Source: an uncultured Gammaproteobacteria bacterium
GTDB taxonomy: Bacteria > Patescibacteriota > Microgenomatia > UBA8517
DNA: 64,000 nucleotides
NCBI GenBank assembly: GCA_964635715.1
Contig: CAZWNZ010000001.1
Location: forward strand, 248,122 to 312,121
Reading direction: 5' to 3'
Part shown: piece after piece, positions 50,284-62,700 of the stretch
Numbering within the stretch: the first letter of the stretch is position 1
Layout: every line of letters starts with the position of its first letter
The notes under the pieces: generated by a model
What the model was told of the DNA's origin: nothing
What the model saw: the letters and a program-made list of their open reading frames with translations, nothing else
The model's database searches: none
Program-made: the position numbers and the translations under genes

Positions 50284-51387
50284 GTGCTGAAATCTATGGA
50301 AAAAAATTTTGAAATTATTCTCGAGATCTGGGAAGAATTAAAAACCTTCTTTTTTGAGTTAATAAATTTTATTTTTAAAAGTTTGCACATTAGTTTCCTG
50401 AAGATCGAAGAAAGAAAGGGCATTGTTGTTACAGCCCTGTATAAGAAAAGAGGTAAACTGTCCAGAACCTTGAGTCATTCGGGGATGGCGGCGATCGCTG
50501 CACTGGGAGTCATGTTGGCACCTCTTATTGCGCAAGAATTTCCCGGAAAATCAGTTGATCCATGGGAAATATCCGCTGCTCCATCAGTACTTTCTGCCTC
50601 AACAGACGATCCGACAGTTGATACACAAATATCTAGTAAGGTAAGGGATAGTATTATTGATTATGTTGTTCAGGAGGGTGATACAGTTGCGTCAATTGCT
50701 GAAAAATTTGGTGTTTCGGAAGATACTATCCGTTGGAAAAATGATTTAACAAAAGACAGAATAAAAATCGGAGAGACTCTTAAAATTTTACCGACGACGG
50801 GTGTTGTTCATACGGTTGTAAAAGGGGATACTGTTTACTCCATAGCTAAAAAGTACGATGCGGTGGCACAGGCGATAGTTGATTTTCCTTTCAATACTTT
50901 TACTAACGATGAGACATTTGAATTAGCAATTGGGCAAACAGTAATTGTACCTGATGGCGTTATGCCTTCTGTCCAGACAACCACCAGAACCAGGCAGATA
51001 ACTCCAAACGCCGGTACCGTAACTGCTTCGGGACAATTTGTTTGGCCAACCAATGGATCCATCACTCAGAGATTCTCTTGGTATCATCCCGGACTTGATA
51101 TTGCCAATCCAAGTGGTCCGACAGTTGTTGCGGCAGACTCCGGTAGAGTTGTGTTTGCGGGTTGGGATTCGACAGGCTATGGATATATGGTTCTTATCGA
51201 TCACGGTAACGGATATAAGACTCGTTACGGACATCTTTCCCAGGTAATGGTTATATCGGGTCAAACTATCGGTAGAGGACAGGCCGTCGGCAGAATGGGA
51301 AATACGGGACATTCGACCGGTACTCACCTTCACTTTGAAATTTACTTTAATGGAGTAAGATATAACCCCCTGAATTACCTCAAATAG
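50284..51387 (+). CDS. LysM-LysM-M23 peptidoglycan endopeptidase
   Basis: Two LysM motifs (GDTVASIAEKFGVS, GDTVYSIAKKY) and M23 motifs HPGLDIA ... GNTGHSTGTHLHFEI. Confidence 0.8.
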   Translation: MLKSMEKNFEIILEIWEELKTFFFELINFIFKSLHISFLKIEERKGIVVTALYKKRGKLSRTLSHSGMAAIAALGVMLAPLIAQEFPGKSVDPWEISAAPSVLSASTDDPTVDTQISSKVRDSIIDYVVQEGDTVASIAEKFGVSEDTIRWKNDLTKDRIKIGETLKILPTTGVVHTVVKGDTVYSIAKKYDAVAQAIVDFPFNTFTNDETFELAIGQTVIVPDGVMPSVQTTTRTRQITPNAGTVTASGQFVWPTNGSITQRFSWYHPGLDIANPSGPTVVAADSGRVVFAGWDSTGYGYMVLIDHGNGYKTRYGHLSQVMVISGQTIGRGQAVGRMGNTGHSTGTHLHFEIYFNGVRYNPLNYLK

Positions 51388-51456
51388 AGTAATATTATTA
51401 GCTTTTGGTGCCTAGATTCTAATTCCTAATTTCTAGCTACTAGCTACTTGTTGTCC

Positions 51457-51617
51457 TAGTGAGTGGACTCGCCGGGAATTGTGTGCACAATATCACACCC
51501 GAGCACTATCGATTCCCAAGAGGGCACGAACTTTAGTGAGTGGACTCGCCGGGAATTGTGTGCACAATATCACACCCGAGCACTATCGATTCCCAAGAGG
51601 GCACGAACTTTAGTGAG
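51457..51617. repeat. two tandem 77-bp direct repeats plus a third partial copy; each begins with the 3'-terminal 17 nt of tRNA-Ala(CGC) plus 7 nt of trailer
   Basis: Units at 51457-51533 and 51534-51610 are identical by eye; the third copy at 51611 runs into the tRNA. Confidence 0.85.
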
Positions 51618-51688
51618 TGGACTCGCCGGGAATTGAACCCGGAACTTATCAATGCGAATGATACGGTATACCGTTTGCCTACGAGCCC
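51618..51688 (-). tRNA. tRNA-Ala (anticodon CGC) with G3:U70; the D arm is atypical
   Basis: Reverse complement: GGGCTCG ... anticodon stem-loop TATCA-TTCGCAT-TGATA ... T arm CCGGG-TTCAATT-CCCGG ... CGAGTCC-A. Confidence 0.65.
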
Positions 51689-51897
51689 GAATCGAAACCT
51701 ATATTCTTTTGGGTATTGAACCAAATCTGGCTAGATTATATCATCTTACTTTTCCTTCTGTAAGAAGTTTTGAGCGTGCTAGGCCTCAAAGGGGATTGAC
51801 AGGGGGTGTAAAATGTGCCAAATATTTTATATATAGTATTAAGTATTTGTAAATACTTGTAAAAACAAAGCCATGATCCTTTGTAAAAACTGCCAAA

Positions 51898-53745
51898 ATG
51901 CCCAAAAATACATATACAGTTAAAGAGGTTGCCAATCTTCTGGAATTTTCTACAAATACAGTTTACAAGTATCTTGATGATGGCAGTATTAAGTCGGTTC
52001 GTTTTGGGAGTGAGGGCCGATTCAGGATTCCCAGGACAGAAGTCGAACGTCTTCTTCAAGAGAGAGGGAAAACTTTACCTGAAGATTCAACCATATCAAA
52101 AAACCAAAATTTACATGGAATAAGAGGAATCCCTAGTTTATTTGATTGGTTTGTTGCATTTTTATCTATTTCGATAGGGTTTTCAATTTTTATCTTTCCT
52201 GTTCCAAGCGCTGTTCGGGTGGTCTTTGATCTAAATAAGTTTGTCATTCCGCTTCAGGTGATTTTATTGCTTGGTGGTTTTCTCATCTTGGTCTTGGATA
52301 TGTTTAGGATGCATGACAGCCGCCTACGCAAATCTATAAATTTAATTGTTGGAATTGACTACTTGGTAACAGCTCTTGTGTTTGCTTTTGCGGACAATTT
52401 TCCCTTGACCGTCGGTTATTTGGCGGTTGCATTTATTGTTATATTGTCAGTTTTTATAAAAATGGGCCAATATACAAGATTTCTGCTTTTTATAAACCTA
52501 TTGCTTGTTTTTCTGGGGATAGGAGTTTTGGGTTGGCCTGATACGTTTTTTCTTGCCGGTGTAATCGGAGTAAATTCAAAAAACTTAATAATTTTCTTTT
52601 CGATATGGTCACTTTTGATGATATTTAATGTTTACATGACATATTTTGCAATCAGAAAAAATAAACACCTTGTTTGGTTTCTTGCATTTCCAACAGCTCT
52701 AACATCTCTTTTGTATGCAACGATTAGTTTTACACAAGGGCTTTGGGCTAAGGCGATTTATTGTGTTGTTTTGTCGTCTTTTGCCGTAATTTTCCCCTTT
52801 GCTGACGAATTTGAAGCATTTACTCTGAAGTCAAAAAAAGAGGTGGCTGCCAGTTTTGCATGGCTTCTTGGTCTTTTCCTGGTCGGATCACTCATGCTTT
52901 ACTATATCTTTCGTTCATTTCAAAGTTATGGCTTCTTAGAACTGACTAATAGAGTCGATACCGCTAGTGATATTGTCACAAATTTCATGGATGGAAATAT
53001 CGCAAAGATCTCTGCATTTGCTGTCGACGAGGAGTTGATCGGTGCTATAGAAAACTATTCCGGGGACAATATCAATTTGGCAAATAATAAATTGAAACAA
53101 CTATACCAAGCGTCCAATTGGTCGATTCGAAGAGTGGTGTTAGTTGATAAGAACGGGATAATTCTCGATACATATCCTCTGAACCCATCAAGTCAGGGTG
53201 TAGATATTAGTAAACGTGACTATTTTGAAAGCGTTAAGGTAGGTGGTCAAACTTTCGTGTCGGGGATCGAGCAACCAAGCTCATCAGGACTCAGCCCTGT
53301 GGTTTTGGTTTCAGTTCCCATAATCGATTCTAGCGGAGATTTTTTGGGAGTTGTTATGGGAGATACCGATTTGGATGAACTTACAAGAAGAGTTAATCAA
53401 ATTAAATTTGGACAAAGTGGAAGTTATTTATTAGTAGATCAATTGGGTAAATATATCATTCCACCAACTAAGGATCAGATAATGGCAAAAGCCTCTGCCG
53501 GAAGTCCCGCATCGATGGTAGTTTTGGGTGAAAAAGGTACTTTGCAAGGAGAAGATTCTTTGGGAGAACTTTCTTTAATTGCCTATGTAAAAGTTAATAA
53601 ATACAGTTGGGGTATAGTGGCTCAACAACCGGTTGATGAGGCATTCAATCCATATAGCAAAACTGTCTTTATCACGTTTCTGATATATGTAACAGCAGGG
53701 GTAGGAAGTTTAATTCTTGTATTTTCGTCACAGAGAAAGCAATAA
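51898..53745 (+). CDS. fusion protein: excisionase-family HTH, then a polytopic membrane domain, then an extracytoplasmic Cache-like sensor domain and a final TM
   Basis: N-terminal VKEVANLLEFSTNTVYKYLDDGSIKSVRFGSEGRFRIPRTEVERLL (HTH_17 / excisionase-like); about 10 TM; the C-terminal ~230 aa look like dCache; last TM VFITFLIYVTAGVGSLILVF. Confidence 0.5.
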   Translation: MPKNTYTVKEVANLLEFSTNTVYKYLDDGSIKSVRFGSEGRFRIPRTEVERLLQERGKTLPEDSTISKNQNLHGIRGIPSLFDWFVAFLSISIGFSIFIFPVPSAVRVVFDLNKFVIPLQVILLLGGFLILVLDMFRMHDSRLRKSINLIVGIDYLVTALVFAFADNFPLTVGYLAVAFIVILSVFIKMGQYTRFLLFINLLLVFLGIGVLGWPDTFFLAGVIGVNSKNLIIFFSIWSLLMIFNVYMTYFAIRKNKHLVWFLAFPTALTSLLYATISFTQGLWAKAIYCVVLSSFAVIFPFADEFEAFTLKSKKEVAASFAWLLGLFLVGSLMLYYIFRSFQSYGFLELTNRVDTASDIVTNFMDGNIAKISAFAVDEELIGAIENYSGDNINLANNKLKQLYQASNWSIRRVVLVDKNGIILDTYPLNPSSQGVDISKRDYFESVKVGGQTFVSGIEQPSSSGLSPVVLVSVPIIDSSGDFLGVVMGDTDLDELTRRVNQIKFGQSGSYLLVDQLGKYIIPPTKDQIMAKASAGSPASMVVLGEKGTLQGEDSLGELSLIAYVKVNKYSWGIVAQQPVDEAFNPYSKTVFITFLIYVTAGVGSLILVFSSQRKQ

Positions 53746-53785
53746 ACCGACAAATAAATTGGAAAAACAAAAGTTAAAAAATAAA

Positions 53786-56700
53786 ATGGCGGGAAAAAAG
53801 GAAAAATATCAAGCGGGAATAACACCGCTTTTAGTTTTAATAACAGTGGCAACATCTTCAATCCTGGTGTTTACCGGTGGATTAACGTTTAATAATTTGA
53901 AAAACAAGGGAATATTAAATTTTACGGATCCAACTCTTAGAAATATTATTAGCCAACAAGCTGATTATTTGGATTCCTCCAAGCTTAACAAGTCACGCAT
54001 TGAAGGAGGCCTTGTTGGAACAGTACTTTTGCCGGACGGATCATACTCGGCTTATAAGATTCTGGATGGGAACATAGAAAGTAAAGGATCGAAGTTTACC
54101 GGTGAGGTAAGGATTTCATTTTTTTCCGATGATGTAGGGCTTAGTAATTACACAGACGGAAACATTAACCCATTTTATTTAATGGATGGGACTAAAACGG
54201 TGGGGGTAATTGTAGACAGGATGCTTGCGAATTTGAACGATGGGGATACAAGTCATGCAATTAAAATATTAAAAGGAACCGTTAAAAACAATTCTCTTAC
54301 AGGAGAATTTGTAGCCCAGACGTTGGATACAGGATATTATATTGGAGGTTTTGTTGAGGATGATGGTCGAATAACGAGTGCTACAGTACTCACCGGTGCT
54401 CCGAGGCTTACGGAAGCTCAGATTTCGATAGCAGAAAATGCTCTTTCAGTTCTGCCTTTATTTAAAAATGTTACCGCTGACCTTGCCACACCTAGCGATG
54501 CCAACATTTTAGGAGAGTCAACCATTGCTACATCAAAATCTGATTTAGGGAAGCTAAATAAGCCGGTTTTTAATAAAAAAACAGGTACATGGACTTTCGT
54601 TGGGTCAGGAGATGGGGGAGCGGTTTCAACCTCTGCAATGCAGGGAGTTGTGAATTATATTCAAAATATCGCCGAAACCATTTCGACATCGCCTTCTGCA
54701 GGACAGGTTGTACAGCAAATTGTCCAGAATGTTGTTCAGGGTATAAGTGAAATAAAAAGTGCAAATTCAAAACTAACTGTATCGACAGAAAACAATGTCT
54801 CAACTCTTTCACTTGATCTATCCGGGATTACAGCATCGGGGGTAAATGACGGATCAGTTAATCCCTCAGGACTCGTTCATTCAAATACCCCCATAGACGG
54901 CCAGTGCTTGACCTACAACAGTTCTACAGGAGGTTTTACATGGAGTTCTTGCGGTTCGGGTGGAGGAGGAACAATAACCGATGTAATAGCCGGTGATGGT
55001 CTGGTGGGCGGAGGAACAACCGGAAGTATTGACTTGGCGATTAATCCGCAAACAGGCGGGGGATTGGAAGCGGCCACGTCAGGAATTTCTTTAAACAGAG
55101 AATGTGCAGATGGAGAAATTCTGAAATGGACAGAAAGCACCTCCTCTTGGGATTGTGCTGCAGACAACGGAGGAGTGGGGGGGGGAGTTTCAACTCTCCA
55201 AGTTGACGACTCGACCATTGTTTCGTCAGCAACTGTGATTGATTTTTTGGGTTCAGATTTTGATTTAACAAATTCGCCGACTGGTGAGGGTAATTTGTCA
55301 ATTGACTACACTAACTCCAAAATAGTCAGAAGTGATCAAAATCAATCAATAAACGGCACCTGGACATTCTCTACGGCTCCTGTTATCTCAACAATTTCAA
55401 ATACTGGAGTCCTGACGCTTCCGACTTCAACAGATACTCTTGTAGGCAGAAATACCAGCGACATATTGACCAATAAAACAATCACAGCGGGATCAAATAC
55501 TATTTCGGGTCTTACAGCAAGTAATCTAACCGCCGGTGATTTTTCGACTAAGATTAATTCCGGTACTTATTCAATTAATATTTCGGGCAATGCCGGAACT
55601 GTTACAAATGGTATTTATACAACAGGAAGTTATTCCAACCCTTCCTGGATCACAAGTCTTTCTCCTGCAAAAGTTCTTCCCGACCAAACAGGAAACAATG
55701 GAAAGGTCCTTAGTACAAATGGTTCGGCTTTGTCCTGGATCACCGATTCTTCAGGGGTTGCCTGGGGAGCAATCACAGGGACTTTGTCAGACCAGACAGA
55801 TTTAAATACAGCCCTTTCAGGAAAACTTTCAACAACTGGATCTGCCGCCAATTTGACCAATTTCCCGACATTCAATCAAAACACAACTGGAACTGCAAGT
55901 AATATCACAGGAGTACTTGGTGCCATATCATTTCCGGCTCTTGATGGAGATGTGACAACTATACAGGGAGATCTGACAACAACAATTGCCAGTGGGGCAG
56001 TAACTTTAGGTAAGATGTCCAGTTTGGCGGCAAATTCAATAATCGGTAATAATACGGGAAGCTCGGCAACACCGGTTGCATTAACAACCACACAAGTTAA
56101 GTCTTTGTTATCAATTGCAAATACTGATGTGTCAGGATTGGGTACAATGTCTACCCAAAATGCAAATAACATATCCATTACGGGCGGAAGCATCTCTGGG
56201 CTTAGCTCAGTTGGGGCGACTACGTTCACGGGTGCATTGACGGGTAATGCAAGTAGTGCCACAACTGCCACTACCGCAACCACAGCCAACGCTCTCGCCA
56301 ATTCAGATTCTGCGGGTCAATCCGCAATCACAGCCATTAATTCGGCTACTGCGGGCACCCTTAACACAGCACGTCTTAACTCGTCTGTTACAACCCAGGG
56401 AAATACATTTAACGGAGTTTCCCAACTGGTTAAACTTGACACATCAGGATATCTTCCGACTATTAATGGATCATTATTAACAGGACTTGCCAAATCTCAA
56501 GTTGGCCTTTCTTTAGTTGAAAATACAGCCCTTTCTACTTGGGCGGGGACTACTAATGTAAATACAATTGCGGATAAAACAGTCACTTTAGCCAGAATGG
56601 CTGATATGGCAACTGCGTCATTCCTCGGAAGAAATACTGCAGGAACAGGATCACCTGAAGTTCTATCAATTTCGACTGCTAAATCAATACTATCCCTTTC

Positions 56701-59700
56701 TACGGGTGATATTTCAGGTCTTGGAACGATGGCCACTCAAAACTCAAACAATGTTTCCATTTCCGGAGGATCTTTATCGGGTCTAACCTCAGTTGCTTCC
56801 ACCACTTTTACAGGTGCATTAACCGGAAATGCCTCAACAGTTACAAACGGAGTCTACACCAATGGTTCCTATTCAGACCCTTCCTGGATTACAGCAATAT
56901 CTCCAACTAAAGTTTTGCCAGATCAAACAGGACAAAATGGAAAAGTACTTTCAACTAACGGTTCAACTTTATCCTGGATTACCAACTCATCAGGTGTGGC
57001 TTGGGGAGCAATCACAGGGACTTTGTCAGACCAGACAGATTTAAATACAGCCCTTTCAGGAAAACTTTCAACAACTGGATCTGCCGCCAATTTGACCAAT
57101 TTCCCGACATTCAATCAAAACACAACTGGAACCGCCGCAGGACTTTCATCAGTGTTGGTTTCAACCATGGGTGGATCAGGAGTGAATAATGCTGGAACTC
57201 TAACCTGGGGAGCAGGTGGAACTTTAGGAACAGCGGCCTATACCGCCAGTACCGACTATGCAACTTCAGCCCAGGGAACATTGGCAACAAATGCATTACC
57301 ATCGGCGTCATTCACTGATGCGGCGGTTACGGGAAAACTTTTGACAGGTTACATTAGTGGTGCAGGTTCAGTTTCCGCCACCGACACAATTCTTCAAGCC
57401 ATTCAGAAACTGAACGGAAATGATGCCACAAATGCTAACTTAACGGGAGTTGTTACCTCAATCGGAAATGCAACATCCATTGCCGATGGTGCAATTACTA
57501 ATGCAATGCTTGCAAACGGTGCTGTTGCCAATCTTTCAGGCACGAACACAGGCGACAATGCGGTAAATTCCAATTACGCTTCCGATTATCGTGCAGCTAA
57601 TTTTGTTGCGGGGACAAATTATCTAACTCCTACAGGATCAGCCGCCAGCCTAACCAATTTTCCAATTCTCAACCAAGATACAACGGGGAATGCGGGAACG
57701 GTTACAAACGGGGTATATACAAGCGGCAGTTACTCAGATCCAAGCTGGATTACTTCGCTTTCACCGACAAAAGTCCTTCCTGATCAAACAGGACAAAATG
57801 GAAAAGTACTTTCAACTAACGGTTCAACTTTATCCTGGATTACCAACTCATCAGGTGTGGCTTGGGGAGCAATCACAGGGACTTTGTCAGACCAGACAGA
57901 TTTAAATACAGCTTTATCAGGCAAATTAGGTACCGGACTTACATCTGCCAACGTCTTTGTAGGTAACGGATCGGGTGTTGCGACAGGAGTTTCCATGAGT
58001 GGAGATGTAACAATTGATAATACCGGGGCTACGACTATTGGAAATTCCAAAGTTACACTTGGAAAAATTGCAAGTATTGCAAATAATACCATTCTGGGAA
58101 ATAGATCGGGTAGTGCGGCAGCACCCTCCGAACTTTCTGCGTCGGATGTTAAAAGTATTCTATCGTTGTCAACCTCTGATATCTCAGGTCTGGGAAGTAT
58201 GGCAACTCAGAACGCAAATAGCGTTTCTATATCAGGTGGATCTTTATCAGGTCTTACTTCAGTTGCTGCAACTACATTCACAGGTGCTCTGACGGGCAAT
58301 GCATCTACTGTTACAGGTCTTTCCGTCACAAGCGGCAAGACCTTAACTGTCCAAAAATCAATGACACTTACATCAGCCGATGACACAGGTGTCTACACAT
58401 TCCCAACAGGAACAGCCACACTTCTTTCAACAACAGGATCAGCAGCCAGCCTTACAGACTTCCCAACATTTAATCAAAATACAACAGGTACTGCTGCAAA
58501 TATCACGGGAGTTTTGGGTGCAAGTTCTTTCCCAGCCATGTCAGGCGATGTTACAAACACACAAGGAAGTTTAACTACGGCCATTACTTCCGGGGCGGTC
58601 ACTTTAGGCAAAATGGCTAATTTAGCAGCCAACTCCATCATAGGCAACAATACCGGGAGTCCTGCAACACCTGTTGCTCTTACCAATACTCAAGTTAAGA
58701 CCCTTCTTTCTATCGCCAATACCGATGTTTCAGGCCTTGGAACAATGTCTACCCAAAACTCCAACAATGTCTCAATCACAGGCGGCTCATTATCTGGTCT
58801 TACATCGGTTTCTGCAACAACATTTACCGGTGATTTAACAGGTAATGCCGGAACTGTTACAAATGGAGTTTATACAAATGGTTCGTATTCAGATCCTTCT
58901 TGGATCACAGCTCTTTCCCCAACAAAAGTCCTTCCTGATCAAACAGGACAAAACGGAAAAGTATTGGGTACTGACGGATCCAATCTTTCTTGGGTAACCA
59001 ACTCATCAGGTGTGGCCTGGGGAGCAATCACAGGAACATTATCCGATCAAACAGACTTAAATACCGCATTGGGGCTAAAAGCAAATACTTCCAGTCTTGG
59101 GACAATTTCTTCTCAAAATGCTAATGCAGTTAACGTCACAGGGGGAACAATCGCCGGACTGACAGGATTTTCAATCAGATCATCAGGTTCAGGTGCTTTT
59201 GATTTAACGATAAACAATACCGAAAACTTGACGGCAGGTCGGGCTCTTACAATTACAACAGGAGACGCTGCAAGAACTTTGACATTGACGGGCGACTCAA
59301 GTATTTCAGGCACGAACACAGGTGATAATGCGGTAAATTCCAATTACGCTTCCGATTATCGTGCAGCTAATTTTGTTGCAGGAACGGATTATTTAGCACC
59401 GAGTGGAAGCGCTGCCAGTCTCACTAATTTCCCGACATTCAATCAAAACACAACTGGAACCGCAAGTAATATCACAGGAGTACTTGGTGCCACATCATTC
59501 CCGGCTCTTGATGGAGATGTGACAACTATACAGGGAGATCTGACAACAACAATTGCCAATGGGGCAGTTACCTTAGGCAAAATGGCTAACCTTGCCGCAA
59601 ACTCAATAATAGGAAATAACACGGGAGACCCGGCAACACCAATCGCTCTGACTGCTACTCAGGTAAAATCTCTTCTTTCCATTGCAAATACTGATATTTC

Positions 59701-62700
59701 CGGATTGGGGACCATGTCTACCCAAAATTCCAACAATGTTTCAATTTCTGGAGGTTCATTATCTGGTCTTACTTCCGTTTCGGCTACAACATTTACAGGG
59801 GCACTAACTGGAAATGCCAGTTCAGCAACTACTGCCACAACTGCGACAACCGCAAACGCTTTGGCAAACACCGATTCCGCAGGACAATCTGCTATTACAG
59901 CAATCAATTCAGCTACAAGCGGAACGATTAACGCTTCAAGAATTGCATCTCTCCCATATATTTCAACAACCTTAAATTCCGGAAATGTATTAGTAGGGAA
60001 TGGAAGCAATGTTGCAACGGGTGTATCAATGAGCGGGGATGTAACGATTGACAACACCGGAGCTACAAGTATAGGAAACGGCAAAGTAACTTTAGGAAAG
60101 ATTGCCAATATTGCAAATAGTACAATTCTTGGAAATAATTCAGGGAGTGCAGGAGCACCAATTGCATTAACAGCCTCACAAGTTAAATCGGTTCTTGGAA
60201 TATCAACAGGTGATGTATCAGGTCTTGGAACCATGGCTGCACAAAATTCCAACAGTGTTTCGATTTCTGGTGGATCGATCAGTGGTGTGACTGTTGGAGG
60301 AACCGCTACGGGGTTATCAATTTCAGGATCGTCAAACACTTTATCAAATATCGGCAACTCCAGCCTTACCAATTCTTCAGTCACAATTAACACCAGCGGG
60401 ATCCTGTCGGGCGGCGGAAGTTTATCACTTGGGGGAACTCTCAATCTTTCTGCAACCGAGGCAGATACTCTTTCTGCAGTTACAAACAGAGGAGCGTCAA
60501 CCTCTGATGGTATTACTCTTTCTTCGGCCTCTCCGTTAACTCTTTCTGATTCTGCTCCGGTCTTAACTTTGGGCACAGGTGATGCTGAAGGTGTACTAAC
60601 CATCAAAGATTCTAATGGCACACCACATACACTTTTAACTTTAACTGACATAGGTACAACTGGTAATTTGTCGGTTACAGGCACACTTAATGGAGCAACT
60701 ATCACGGGTGGTTCTTTATCGGCAACCGCAGTTAATGGAGTTACAACAGGAAATATTGTTTTGACAAGTGGTTCGTATTCCAATCCGAGCTGGATTTCAG
60801 GACTTACAGCCAGTCACCTAACGGCAGGAGATTTTTCTTCTAAAATTAATTCCGGAACTTATTCTATTGATATATCAGGAAATGCATCAACTGCAACAAC
60901 TGCAACAAGCGCAACAAGTGCAACTTCTGCCACCAGTGCAGACTCAGTTACAGGACTATCAGTTACGGCAGGCAAAACTCTTACCGTACAAAAATCTATG
61001 ACATTTACGTCCGCTGACGATACTGGGGTTTACACTCTTCCGACGGGCACAAAAACGCTTGTATCGACAGATGTTTCAACTCTTTCCTCCCTGACATCAA
61101 TCGGAACCTTAACTGATCTTACGGTGACAAATGCAATTACCGGTTCGGTTACGGGCAATGCCGGAACTGTTACAAATGGTATTTATACAACAGGAAGTTA
61201 TTCCAACCCTTCCTGGATTACAAGTCTTTCTCCTGCAAAAGTCCTTCCTGATCAAACAGGACAAAACGGAAAAGTATTGGGTACTGACGGATCCAATCTT
61301 TCCTGGGTAACCAATTCTTCAGGTGTTGCCTGGGGAGCGATAACGGGAACTCTTTCTGATCAAAGTGATCTAAATACAGCTCTTTCAGGAAAGCTTAGTA
61401 CTTCTTTAACTTCAGCCAATATCTTTGTTGGTAATGGGTCTGGAGTGGCAACAGGTGTTGCCATGAGTGGGGATATCACAATTGACAACACAGGAGCGAC
61501 AACAATTGGTAATTCCAAAATTACTCTGGGGAAGATTGCCAACATCGCAGATGGAACCATATTAGGAAATAACTCAGGAAGTAGTGGAGCTCCAATTGCT
61601 CTTACCGCGTCTCAAGTTAAATCGCTTCTTTCTATCGCCAACACCGACGTATCAGGCTTGGGGACTATGTCCACTCAAAATGCTAACAATGTCTCAATTA
61701 CAGGTGGAAGCATGTCAGGATTAACGTCTGTATCAGCAACTACATTTACAGGGGCACTAACTGGAAATGCCAGTTCAGCAACTACTGCCACAACTGCAAC
61801 AACTGCGACAACTGCAAACGCTTTGGCAAACACCGATTCCGCAGGACAGAGTGCTATTACTGCTATAAATAGTGCAACAACCGGTACTATTAATGCGGCC
61901 AGAATTGCATCTCTTCCTTATATCTCAACATCCTTGGCTTCGGCCAATATAATCGTTGGTAATGGATCAGGAGTTGCCACTGGTGTTGCCATGAGTGGAG
62001 ATATAACTATCGACAATACCGGAGCAACAACAATTGGAAACAGTAAAGTCACCCTTGGAAAGATTGCAGATATGGCAACAGCCTCATTTATTGGAAGAAA
62101 TACTACAGGAACAGGTGCTCCTGAGGTTCTTTCAGCCTCAACTGCCAAATCCATCCTTGCCATTGCCAACACAGATGTATCAGGTTTAGGGACCATGTCT
62201 ACCCAAAATGCCAATTCGGTGTCAATTTCTGGAGGATCAATCGGCGGAGTGACAATAGGAGGGACTGCATCAGGTCTTACCCTCGCCGCGGGAAGCAATA
62301 CTTTAAGTGGAATAACAGCATCCAATATGACAGCGGGGGATTTTTCGGGCGTAGTTAATACAGGAAGCTATTCCATTAATGTATCAGGTAGCGCCGGATC
62401 AGTTACGGGACTTTCTGTTACAGGAGGTAAAACTCTAACTGTTCAAAAATCTATGACATTTACGTCTGCTGACGATACTGGGGTTTACACTCTTCCGACG
62501 GGCACAAAAACACTTGTATCAACAGATGTTTCAACACTTTCTTCTTTAACTTCGGTCGGAACATTATCAACTCTGGGTGTCTCAGGTGCAATAAGCGGTG
62601 CGACTTCTACAAATACTATTAATGGAATAATTATTAATTCGGGAGCCGTCTCGGGTGTTACAACACTGGGAGCATCCAGTACTGTGACTATCGGAAGCGG

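Noticed and set aside
51457-51617. CRISPR array
   Set aside because: There are only about 2.3 directly abutting 77-bp units with no unique spacers between them. Each unit begins with the tRNA-Ala 3' end, so this is att-like tandem duplication and not CRISPR.
54570-62325. Many antisense and alternate-frame ORFs inside the giant gene (e.g. 59659-60783(-) 374 aa, 55876-56301(-), 61918-62325(-))
   Set aside because: They are by-products of the long, compositionally biased repeat ORF on the plus strand. Their duplicated peptides simply mirror its DNA repeats.
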